Of a stretch of DNA of 51,377 nucleotides, positions 39,696 through 49,105 are shown in pieces. This stretch comes from Promethearchaeota archaeon (GTDB lineage: Archaea > Asgardarchaeota > Lokiarchaeia > Sigyniarchaeales > SOKP01): assembly GCA_030603385.1 (NCBI GenBank), contig JAUVXW010000034.1, forward strand, positions 1-51,377, in the 5' to 3' direction. Under the pieces are notes generated by a model. It ran no database searches. It was not told the origin of the DNA and saw nothing but the letters and a program-made list of their open reading frames with translations. The translations under genes were made by a program, and so were the position numbers. How positions within the stretch are numbered: position 1 is the first letter of the stretch; every line of letters begins with the position of its first letter.

Positions 39696-41009
39696 CTAAT
39701 GCGCAACACAGGATATGCAAGGGTCAAATGCTCTAATAACAGTCTGAACTTTTTTCTTAACTAAATTTATATCTCCAGTTTTATTGTATAATTCTTGAGC
39801 GAATTTTGTTATAATATCGTTAATTATTGAAATGTTAATTTCAGTAGGGATGAATATTTTTGCTTTTTTAATCACATTATTATCATTTACGTAATAATGA
39901 TGTAGTAACATACCTCTTGGTGCTTCAATAACTCCTATACCCTCCGAATTTTTCAAAGAGGTAAGAGATGGGAGCAATGTTCGCCTATTTAACACAGGCT
40001 CTTCTAAGATTTTCAATCCTTGTTGAGATTCAAAGTACATTTCTAATAACCTAAGAAAGTTAGCGAATAAAACTCCATTTTGCCAAGATTTATCAAAATA
40101 TTCAAGATAAGTATTGATTTTATCAATTTCATAATTTTCGGTAATTTTATATCGGGAAATAGGACCAACTAAAAATCTTTTACTTTTATCAAAATGGAAA
40201 TCAATTCCTCTTAGATTGATATCCTTTTCAAAATAGGAAGAATAGTTTTTTTCTTCGAATTCGATTGAATTTCTTTCATTTTCTTTAATTTTTAAGGTCC
40301 CCCTGTACCTATCAAAATTATCGAAGTTATTTAAACCCATATACATTACATTTGGGAGATCATATTCTTTGGGAGGAACATGATTGGAAAATATATCAAT
40401 AAATTTCTCAATTATCCATTCCAAATTGATTATAGCCTTTTGAAAATATTTTCGCGCTATAGAAATATTTTTTCGAGAAGGTAAATAAATAAGTCCTCCT
40501 GGAATTGGAGTAATCAAATGAACAGATCTTCCGCCAAAAATTCTTTCGATCTCGTTGCCTATTTTAATTAATTCATATACATTTGTCGTTAATTGAGAGT
40601 CATATCTGATCAATTCGTATGGAGAGAATGGTTTTTGACTAATCTCAAAAATTTGAAAAAGATCCGGTAAGGATTGGAAGAAAAAATGCATAGAATGTGA
40701 TTTAATTAATTCTCCAAATAGTAATAGATACCTTAAAAGAATAGATTGTTCTGGTACAGCTATTTCAAACATATTTTCTATTGCTTTACAGCTAGCAATT
40801 GTTTGAGATGCATAACATAAACCACATATCCGAGATACAATTTTAGGAACGTCGTCTAGTTTTTTTCCAATTAAAAAGCTTTCAAATCCTCGATTTGATC
40901 CAATTTCGAAATCAACACTTGAGATTTCATCGTTCTTTACTAAAATCTTTACAGTTCCATGGCCCTCAACACGAGTACATACATCCACTATTTTTAACAG
41001 TACTATCAC
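39696..41009 (-). CDS. mvhA: Group 3 [NiFe]-hydrogenase large subunit (MvhA-like) without C-terminal extension
   Basis: RVEGHG, SRICGLC, EAPRG, DPCISCVAH followed directly by the stop. Confidence 0.88.
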   Translation of the reverse strand: MIVLLKIVDVCTRVEGHGTVKILVKNDEISSVDFEIGSNRGFESFLIGKKLDDVPKIVSRICGLCYASQTIASCKAIENMFEIAVPEQSILLRYLLLFGELIKSHSMHFFFQSLPDLFQIFEISQKPFSPYELIRYDSQLTTNVYELIKIGNEIERIFGGRSVHLITPIPGGLIYLPSRKNISIARKYFQKAIINLEWIIEKFIDIFSNHVPPKEYDLPNVMYMGLNNFDNFDRYRGTLKIKENERNSIEFEEKNYSSYFEKDINLRGIDFHFDKSKRFLVGPISRYKITENYEIDKINTYLEYFDKSWQNGVLFANFLRLLEMYFESQQGLKILEEPVLNRRTLLPSLTSLKNSEGIGVIEAPRGMLLHHYYVNDNNVIKKAKIFIPTEINISIINDIITKFAQELYNKTGDINLVKKKVQTVIRAFDPCISCVAH

Positions 41010-41764
41010 CTTCTTAATTTTGGTTTTGAAAAACGATAAAATATTCCTTCATAATTTTTTAAGTCCTCAGAAAGACTAAGCAAACTTAAAAAATTGATGG
41101 TATTTGATGTAAAATCTTTTGAAACAGGACCCATACAACCATCACAGGGAAGTCCGAGTTTTATACATTTACTCTCGCATCCTTCTCGAGTTATCGGTCC
41201 CAAACATAGAATGCCTTTTTTCAAAAAGCAATCTAAATTTTCTTCACCAAGAACAATTTCATCAGGATTAGGATTTATTTTAATTATATGTGTATCTAAA
41301 TTCTCCTCCATATTTTCTCTTAATGAACAACTAGAGCATAAAACTTTTTCAGATAGGTTTGTATCTTTATTTTCTATTAATCTAATTAAAATATTTCCTA
41401 ACAATTTAGAGGGAGGAGGACATCCGGGAATAATTCCGTCAATTTCAATATAAGTTGAGATTGGTTTTATATTTCTTGAATTCGAAAGGCTTAAAATCCC
41501 TCCAAAAGCTGCACATGTTCCAAGGGCATACACTTTTTTAGCATGTTTTCTAACTTCTTTGAGGAGACCAATTTCCGAGTCTTCAGAAATACAGCCTTCT
41601 ACTAAAGCAATATCACAATCTTCAATTTTTTCTACATCTAAGATAAATGGAAAATGAATTATTTTAGTTCTTTCAAGGAATTGAGGAAAAATATCTAAGG
41701 AGATTAATGTTGAGATACAACCGCTGCACGATGTTAAAGAAATTATAATAACTCTAGGCTTCAA
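41006..41764 (-). CDS. mvhG: [NiFe]-hydrogenase small subunit (MvhG-like)
   Basis: SCSGC, GTCA, PGCPP, CLGPITREGC, PCDGCMGP. Confidence 0.9.
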   Translation of the reverse strand: MKPRVIIISLTSCSGCISTLISLDIFPQFLERTKIIHFPFILDVEKIEDCDIALVEGCISEDSEIGLLKEVRKHAKKVYALGTCAAFGGILSLSNSRNIKPISTYIEIDGIIPGCPPPSKLLGNILIRLIENKDTNLSEKVLCSSCSLRENMEENLDTHIIKINPNPDEIVLGEENLDCFLKKGILCLGPITREGCESKCIKLGLPCDGCMGPVSKDFTSNTINFLSLLSLSEDLKNYEGIFYRFSKPKLRR

Positions 41765-44303
41765 ATTTGATCTCCTCCATCAAATGGTTATAGAAATTAT
41801 TAACAATTTCAGCAAATTTACTGCCCTCAACAGCGTTCATATGTTCAAGAATAACACGATTACTGTATTTTGGACCTAAAATCTTTTTTAATAATTTGAT
41901 TTTATTATTAATTCTTTCTACTCCATCAATATATCGACATGCGTTCTCATTACATCCAATAACCATAACTCCATCAAATCCACGCTCAAATGATTTAATT
42001 ATAAAATTTATATCAACACGACCAGTACATGGAACTCGCACGATGAAAATATTTGGATTATACGAAATTTTTTTAAGGCCAGCATCATCAGCTGCGGCAT
42101 ATCCACAAGAACCACAACAAAATGCGATAATTTTCGGACTTTTCTTATACTTTGAAAGCACTTCAATTGTCTTAAGAAACTTTTCAGAAGTGTCTATATT
42201 CAAATCTATTGCATTTGTAGGACACACACTTACACATGTTCCACATCCTTTACATTTGAATTTATCAATGCTAATTTTATCAGATTCGATTGTTATTGCA
42301 TTATATGGACAAATTTTAGAACATAAGCCACATAAACCACATTTTTCCTCATTTATTTCTATTCCACTAAACTCTGCTATTAAGTAATCCTGTGAAAGTA
42401 ATGAAATCACTTTTAAAGCGACATTATTAGCTGTAGAAATTGTGGAATTATAATCTAAAGGGCCAAAAATAGTTCCAATCCCATATATTCCTGAAGCTAA
42501 GGTTTCTTCACTCATAAAGCCATAATCATCCAAGGTAAAATCCAAAGTTTTTCTAAATGATTTTAAATCTTTATTTGGAACTATTGCTAGATTTAATACA
42601 ATCAAATCGCTTGGATATTCCATTGAATCTGCAATAATCCGCTTTTCATTATTTTTCTCAACAATTTTTATCTTATTAACATAATGGAATCTGGGGTCCC
42701 TTGAACTAAGTAAAAAATCATTATTGTCATTAATTTTGTTTAAATCATAGAAAACATTTACGGAGCATTCAGGATTTTTTACATTTATACAACTTAGATA
42801 TTTTAAAGCAAGAATGTCATGAAGTTTATGTTGATGATCAGGAGAACATGCGCATTGAATAATTGAAATTCTCTTTGCAGGTTTTTTATTAGAAATTTTT
42901 AATATTTCCCCACCTGTGAAACCGTCTGAAGAAAGCATTCTTTCAAATTCAGGGGACGTAATTATGTCATTTTGTGGATCATAATGGTATTGCTCTAAAT
43001 CAGAGTATAAATCGGCACCAATTGCAATGACTTTTACACCAACTTTGATCCTAATTTTCTCTTGTTTTTGATCAAGAGTAATTGCTTTATTTATACAAGC
43101 ACGTTCGCAAATTCTACAATTAAGACAACTATCTATATCTTCAATATCGATTAAAGGAACATAAGGATATGAATGAATAAATGGGATGTATATAATTTTT
43201 CTATTAATTAAACCAAATTCGTACTGATTGGATTTTTCTATAGTACATACATCTATGCATTGTTTACACCCCGTGCATTTTTTCTCATCTACATAACGGG
43301 GGTTTTTAAGTAAATCAATTGTAAAATTACCAACCTCTCCTGATACACTCTCGATTTCGGTATTAGTTAAAATTTTTATATTTTTTTCTTTTACTAATTC
43401 AGCTATCAATTCAGAAATGAAACAAATAGAACAATCACCCATTTTATAGATTCGATCCCACCTAGCTACCTTTCCTCCCAGGGTTGGTGATTTTTCAATA
43501 AGATATACTTTAATTCCTGCTCGTGCTAAATTTAATGAGAGCGTCATGCCTGCAATTCCACCACCTATGATTGCACAACTCTTTTCTATTTCAACTCTCT
43601 TAATTTTTACATTCTTCTGAAGAATTACCCGTTCAATGGCAGCTTCAATTAATAATTTTGCTTTTTCTAAAATTAGTGTAGGATCTATATTATCCACTTT
43701 AAATTGATGCACCCAACAGCATTGTTCTCTGATATTTGCTATTTCTATGTTTGCGCGTTCAATAACATCCTCAAAAATGCGTTCAAAAATATGTTGATGT
43801 GTCTTTGGGGAACATGCGGCAATAACAACCTTGTTTAAGAAATTATCTTTAACCCATTTGGCAATCTTAATAAAATTTTTTTGCTGGCATAGATTTTCAA
43901 AAACTTTGACAGAAACAACATATTTTAACTTATTTACGTAGTTTTCAAGGGCATTAACATTTATAATATTTGAGATTTCTGTATTGCAATTACAAAGAAT
44001 AACCCCAACTCGACTTATTTCGCTTCCCTTTGAATTTAAATATTCATCAATATCTTCTCCTGATAAAATCCTTTTATTAATATTTATTATCTTAAGGACC
44101 CGCTTTCCTTCTTCTGTAAGAAAATATGATTTCTTATCTTTATCTATTAGATATCCAATTTTTTTGAGATGGAAATTTAACTGACCCGTTGTTTCTAAAC
44201 CAAGTCTTTCCATTAAATCTGTATAGGGAATATAACCCTCATTTTCTAGAAGGTGTAATATCCTTCTTCTAAATGGATGAGATAATATTGAATATATATC
44301 CAT
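41754..44303 (-). CDS. Winged-helix (ArsR-like) HTH-HdrA-MvhD fusion protein
   Basis: aa 1-75: LSHPFRRRILHLL...YTDLMERLG..TTGQLNFHLKK...YFLTEEG; then HdrA (CNC, AACSP, NIREQC, GGGIAG, DCSIC, ferredoxins) and MvhD (AFCC..C.Y, RVPCTGRV). Confidence 0.88.
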   Translation of the reverse strand: MDIYSILSHPFRRRILHLLENEGYIPYTDLMERLGLETTGQLNFHLKKIGYLIDKDKKSYFLTEEGKRVLKIININKRILSGEDIDEYLNSKGSEISRVGVILCNCNTEISNIINVNALENYVNKLKYVVSVKVFENLCQQKNFIKIAKWVKDNFLNKVVIAACSPKTHQHIFERIFEDVIERANIEIANIREQCCWVHQFKVDNIDPTLILEKAKLLIEAAIERVILQKNVKIKRVEIEKSCAIIGGGIAGMTLSLNLARAGIKVYLIEKSPTLGGKVARWDRIYKMGDCSICFISELIAELVKEKNIKILTNTEIESVSGEVGNFTIDLLKNPRYVDEKKCTGCKQCIDVCTIEKSNQYEFGLINRKIIYIPFIHSYPYVPLIDIEDIDSCLNCRICERACINKAITLDQKQEKIRIKVGVKVIAIGADLYSDLEQYHYDPQNDIITSPEFERMLSSDGFTGGEILKISNKKPAKRISIIQCACSPDHQHKLHDILALKYLSCINVKNPECSVNVFYDLNKINDNNDFLLSSRDPRFHYVNKIKIVEKNNEKRIIADSMEYPSDLIVLNLAIVPNKDLKSFRKTLDFTLDDYGFMSEETLASGIYGIGTIFGPLDYNSTISTANNVALKVISLLSQDYLIAEFSGIEINEEKCGLCGLCSKICPYNAITIESDKISIDKFKCKGCGTCVSVCPTNAIDLNIDTSEKFLKTIEVLSKYKKSPKIIAFCCGSCGYAAADDAGLKKISYNPNIFIVRVPCTGRVDINFIIKSFERGFDGVMVIGCNENACRYIDGVERINNKIKLLKKILGPKYSNRVILEHMNAVEGSKFAEIVNNFYNHLMEEIKFEA

Positions 44304-44399
44304 CTTCTAAATCCCTCTCTTTTTCACTATTTTCAAACAGGATATTTAATTCTACCCAAATTAAAAAAAAAATTAATTTTTAAAAATTGATTATGGTAC

Positions 44400-45563
44400 T
44401 TAATTGTCATCATTTTCTAAAGTTAAAGGTGGAGATTTCCATGTAATCGATTTATTTTTCATAAAGTTTTCAAATCGTTCTATCTTTAACTGACAGAATT
44501 GAGAAATTTTCTCTTTCATTTTCTCTTTGCTTGTTTCATCCAATTTAAAAGATTTAATTACTCCTGCATCAATTACTTTCTTAATTATATCTTTTCCCTT
44601 TTTAGTGCGAGTGATTACTGTAGTAAATTTATCCATAGAACCTAATCCTCCAAATGAGATATCAGCATAAATATTAGTGAAATCGTTACAAGCAAGACAA
44701 GGTTGACGCATATAATCTTTTATACTCTCAAAGGGGATATGGATTATTTTTTGAGTGGCGCCTCTGTTTTTCAATTTAATGATTAGATCTTCTTTAATGT
44801 TTATTCTTTCAATATTTTCGAATTTCAGATTGAATTCTTTTTCAAACTTCTCAATTCTGAGCTTATCAAAAAAGAAGTTCTCGTAACAAAATAATCCTAA
44901 ACAAAGCTCAATATTCTGTGAAGGAATAATACCTAAACTTTGCATGCATCTAATAGTATAAATTTGGCACGGTGTTCCAACTACAGCTAATCTTTTAAAT
45001 TTGTAATGTCTTAATTGGGGAAGTGAACTTGTATATGTGTGAAATTTCTGTAATTCATTTACCTGTAGAGATAAATCTAATTTAACTCCTGATGCCTCTA
45101 TTAAATCTTTTTTATTTCTAGCAATTGTGGCTTCTCTAGAAAAGGCAGTTTTTGTTTTAGCAACGATAGCTCCATCAATTACTTTCTTCTCTATTAGATA
45201 GTTTATTACTGAGTTTACTACGCCTCCATCTGTTCCAAATTTTAAAAAATCTTTATCTGTGGCTTGACATGAGTAGATATTGTCGATAAATCCAAAGGGC
45301 ATGGATGAAAAATTTGTGAAATTATAAGTTTTATTAAGATCATCGTCTAAAATATGAGTCTGTGGACAAATTAAATAACAAATTCCACACTCAAGACATT
45401 TTTCCTCATTTATATATTTTGGAGGTGAATTAGGATCCATCATACCAATTACATCATTTTCAATTGAATTACAAAAACTTACACAACCTCCACAATGTTG
45501 GCATATACCAGGTTCGTGAACTTCTTTAATTAAATCCTTAAAATTTTTTATTTTCATTATCAA
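44400..45563 (-). CDS. FrhB/FdhB-family F420-binding subunit with N-terminal ferredoxin (FpoF-like)
   Basis: CQHCGGC, CLECGIC, TDGGVV, VGTPCQ, GLFC, C..C.DFT..ADISFGG. Confidence 0.9.
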   Translation of the reverse strand: MIMKIKNFKDLIKEVHEPGICQHCGGCVSFCNSIENDVIGMMDPNSPPKYINEEKCLECGICYLICPQTHILDDDLNKTYNFTNFSSMPFGFIDNIYSCQATDKDFLKFGTDGGVVNSVINYLIEKKVIDGAIVAKTKTAFSREATIARNKKDLIEASGVKLDLSLQVNELQKFHTYTSSLPQLRHYKFKRLAVVGTPCQIYTIRCMQSLGIIPSQNIELCLGLFCYENFFFDKLRIEKFEKEFNLKFENIERINIKEDLIIKLKNRGATQKIIHIPFESIKDYMRQPCLACNDFTNIYADISFGGLGSMDKFTTVITRTKKGKDIIKKVIDAGVIKSFKLDETSKEKMKEKISQFCQLKIERFENFMKNKSITWKSPPLTLENDDN

Positions 45564-45607
45564 GAATCACCAAGTGTATTTATAATCTCAAAATCTTAAT
45601 GACTATT

Positions 45608-45794
45608 TTGGTAAATATTATGATCACTATGATAAATATTATTGTCAAAATATATAAATGTATCTTTTTCGTATAATTAAGGAGTGACAAACCTCAATTG
45701 AATATTAGGAAAATGATAAAGATTATATTAATTCTGGATCATAGGTAGATCCGATTCGTTCATTAAATAAAAAATTGATAAGTAGATTTATCAA
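45608..45794. promoter_or_regulatory. Three candidate operator sites in the divergent frhB/hdrA promoter
   Basis: TTGGTAA-N6-TGATCAC 45608, ATGATAA-N6-TTGTCAA 45629, perfect TTGATAA-N6-TTATCAA 45775. Confidence 0.55.
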
Positions 45795-45960
45795 AATAAC
45801 AAATATTTTTCTTATCAAATTTTTTAAATTTATCCCACCTCATTAATTGGAATATAGCATTAAAAAGCGATTATAATTACATTTTTGTATTTTTTTCAAA
45901 ATTGAAAAAATAAATTTTATTATAAATAATAATTGGTGATATTTTACAAAGGTGGATTAG

Positions 45961-47991
45961 ATGTCTGAAGAGCAGACCATTAGATTAGGCGTATATATCT
46001 GTAGATGAGGAGTAAATATTGGTGCTAGCATTGATTGCGATATTGTTAGAAATTATGTTGAACTACTCACTGGTGTCATAATTGTCCGAGTAAATGATTT
46101 TACTTGCAGTGATCCAGGACAAAAACTTATTAAGAACGATATTTTAGATTTAGATTTGAATCGGATTGTTGTTGCTGCTTGTACACCAAAAATTCATGAA
46201 TCCACCTATCGAGCAGTATTAATTGAAGCGGGATTAAGCCCATATTATTTTCAAATGGTTAATTTACGCGAACAGTGCTCTTTTATTCACTCAGATGACA
46301 AAAAAAATGCCACTGAAAAAGCTATAAGATTAGTACAAGCAGGAATAAATCGTGCACGGGAATTAGAAATTATCCCTCATAAAAAAATATCGGTGGAAAA
46401 AGCTGTTTTAGTTATTGGTGCTGGAATTGCTGGGATGAATGCTGCTTTAGATTTAGCAAACCAAGGGATTCCTGTTTATTTAGTCGAAAAAGAAGCCACA
46501 ATTGGTGGAAAAATGGCACAATTAGACAGAATTTACCCCACCGATGATTGTGGAATATGAGTACTCGCACCTATTATGGTAAGTACTTCAAAGCACCCAA
46601 ATATAGAATTATTTACTTATAGTGAAATTATTGAATTTGGTGGTATCCCTGGCAATTATAATGTTAAAATACGAAAAAATCCCCGTTATGTTAATGAAAA
46701 GAAATGTACTGGTTGCGGATTATGTACAATAAAATGCCCAATAAAAGTTCCGAACGAATTCAATAGAGGTATTGGCGAAAGGAGCGCAATTTACATACCT
46801 TTTCCACAAGCTGTTCCTAAACTTGCTTTAATTGATAGGGATGTCTGTATAGAATGTAAAAACTGTCAAAGAGACTGTCCAGCAGAAGCTATTGAATTTG
46901 ATCAAGAACCCGAGTTTATCGATTTAAGAGTTGGAGCAATCATTGTTGCTACTGGATGGGATGAATATCCAATTATGAAATATAACGATTATAAATATGG
47001 TATTTATCCTGACGTAATTACACAGATAGAGCTAGAGCGAATATTAAGTCCAATTGGACCAACAGGGGGTCATCTTTATAGGATTTCTGATGGAAAAACC
47101 CCAAAAACAGTAGCAATGATTCAATGTGTTGGTTCGAGAACCTTAAAAGGGAACCCCTATTGTTCTGTAGTTTGTTGCAGTGTTGCTCTTAAAAACGCTC
47201 AACTGCTAAAACAAGAATATCCGGATATGGAGATTGTTATTTTTTATATTGATGTTCGAGCATGGGATAAAGGAAATGAAGAATATTACAGAAAAGCAAG
47301 AGAAGCAGGTATAATGTTGGTTCGGGGAAAAGTAGGAGATATAAGAGAAGATCCAGAAACAAAAAAGCTAAAAGTTCGAGCTTCTTCAACTTTAACGGGT
47401 GATTTAATTACTTTGAACACGGATTTAGTCGTATTATCAACAGGCATGGTCCCTTCTAAAAATGCAGCAAAAACTATTGATATTTTAGGATTAAGCAAGG
47501 ATTCGAATGGTTTTTTACGTGAGATTCATGGATGCCTAAAACCTCAAGAGACAAATAATATGGGTATTTATATATGTGGATGTGCCGCTGGACCCAAAAA
47601 TATCCCTTATTCAGTATCAACAGCGTTAGCCGCAGCAAGTAAGGCATCAACATTACTTTCTAAAGATACAATAATTCAAGAATTAATTATTGCTGAAATA
47701 GATGAAGATCTGTGCATGGGTTGTCGTAGATGTGAAAAACTCTGTTATAATAATGCAATTATAGTTAATGGAGAAGGTATTGCAGAAGTAGATGATTTAA
47801 AGTGTAAAGGTTGCGGTGTTTGCGTTTCATCATGTCCCGCCCGAGCAATCGACCTCAAATATTACAGAGAAAAACAATTTGTCGAAGAAATGAAAGGGAT
47901 TTGTAGTATTGAAATTGAATCTATTGAATCTATTGAATCTATTGAATTTGTAATGAAAGAGATTGAAGCATTAGCTCCTCATAAAATTTAA
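45961..47991 (+). CDS. hdrA: Selenocysteine-containing heterodisulfide reductase subunit A, 676 aa, U16 and U200 (split into two ORFs in the track)
   Basis: ATG 45961 after AAGGTGG. GVYICR-TGA(46006)-GVNI aligns to GAFICHCGINI, and TDDCGI-TGA(46558)-VLAP aligns to TNDCAICILAP in the paralogue. All in one frame, with a 3' SECIS-like hairpin. Confidence 0.93.
47914..47947 (+). repeat. 9-bp tandem repeat ATTGAATCT, about 3.8 copies (IES repeats in the HdrA tail)
   Basis: Directly visible in the sequence. Confidence 0.9.
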
Positions 47992-48062
47992 ACCGAAAAA
48001 GAATGATCCTTTCAAAAAAATTATAGTTGAAAGGGAACTAACCCATAGCCTGGGTTTTCGGT
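47992..48062 (+). promoter_or_regulatory. SECIS-like element, copy 2 (3' UTR of Sec-hdrA)
   Basis: ACCGAAAA/TTTTCGGT closing stem; GAATGA-T-CCTTTCAA-[AAAAATTATAG]-TTGAAAGG-GAAC; side hairpin CCCA-TAGCC-TGGG. Confidence 0.85.
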
Positions 48063-48248
48063 ATAATAATATTTCTTAGATTTAGGGTTTTGATTTATTG
48101 AAAATTTTTTCTAATTTTAGTATTTTGTAATAAGTTTAAATTATGATTAATTCATAATTACCCTTATTAGATATTTTAAGCATTTCTAATTTCCTGTTAT
48201 AAGTGGAATTTGATTATTATATATTTTTTTATTTTTTTGTTAAAAAAA

Positions 48249-48366
48249 TTGACAATTTTTATTTTCAAATCATGTTTATTAATATGGTAGAAATGTGATT
48301 TTGAACTTTATACTGCCATAAAAGAAAAATTCACTAAAGTTATAGATTGACAATAAAGCTTGTCAA
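48249..48366. promoter_or_regulatory. Two candidate operator sites upstream of the mtd operon
   Basis: TTGACAA-N6-TTTTCAA 48249 and perfect TTGACAA-N6-TTGTCAA 48347. Confidence 0.55.
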
Positions 48367-48451
48367 ATCTAATATAATTTTTGTTATCAGATTCTTTAAA
48401 TTCTGAGGTTTTGTTTATTTACTTGGAATAGTTAGATTTATTTATTATGAG

Positions 48452-49105
48452 GTGAGAATTAAGATGGAAGTTTTAGAAATTAAACCTGTTAGGAATAAAG
48501 AAATTATAGTATATCTGGTAAAGATTTCTAATATAAAATCAAAACCTAATGCAAACGTAAATTTATTTGAGTTTTTAAGCCGTATAAATGTTAATTTTGC
48601 CACAATTGATTTAGAAAATGAGAACCTAAGAAGTTTTAATAAGTCAACCTTAGCAAAAATATTGGAACAATATAAAATTCCTTATTATACAGTAGATATC
48701 CCAGAGTATGCGATGGGTTATCTTATGACGGAAATAATAGGGAGAGAAGATCAAGTTAACGAATTAACAGAAGAATTTCTTAGTATGAGAAATAAAGAAT
48801 CTATAAAAGGGCTGAATTTAAAATCTTGGATTGATTTTCTCAAGGAAGAGATCGATGAAAAGAAACTATTTTTACAATTAAAGTTAAGACCAGAATGGAT
48901 TGTTAAAAAAATTCTAGATATAATAAGAAGTAAAAATAATAATGAAATCACCTTCGTCCATTTTGCTCAGGATAACATATTTAATGAAACAATGAACCTT
49001 TTAAAAGATTTAGATATAAAAGTTAAGGTTTATGACCATAAAAAAGAAAATTTTAATTTAAATTTAATTATAAATGAGGAGGAATTAGAACAATGGAAGT
49101 ATTAG
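48452..49105 (+). CDS. Hypothetical protein paralogous to the N-terminal domain of the downstream Mtd fusion
   Basis: MEVLEIKP / IPYYTVDIPEYA / LRPEWIV versus MEVLELKP / IPYKMVDISENA / VREAWMM. Confidence 0.75.
   Translation: MRIKMEVLEIKPVRNKEIIVYLVKISNIKSKPNANVNLFEFLSRINVNFATIDLENENLRSFNKSTLAKILEQYKIPYYTVDIPEYAMGYLMTEIIGREDQVNELTEEFLSMRNKESIKGLNLKSWIDFLKEEIDEKKLFLQLKLRPEWIVKKILDIIRSKNNNEITFVHFAQDNIFNETMNLLKDLDIKVKVYDHKKENFNLNLIINEEELEQWKY

Noticed and set aside
46156-47991. Two separate ORFs, or a nonsense-mutated hdrA pseudogene
   Set aside because: Both stops are TGA at conserved Cys positions in one frame, and a SECIS-like element follows
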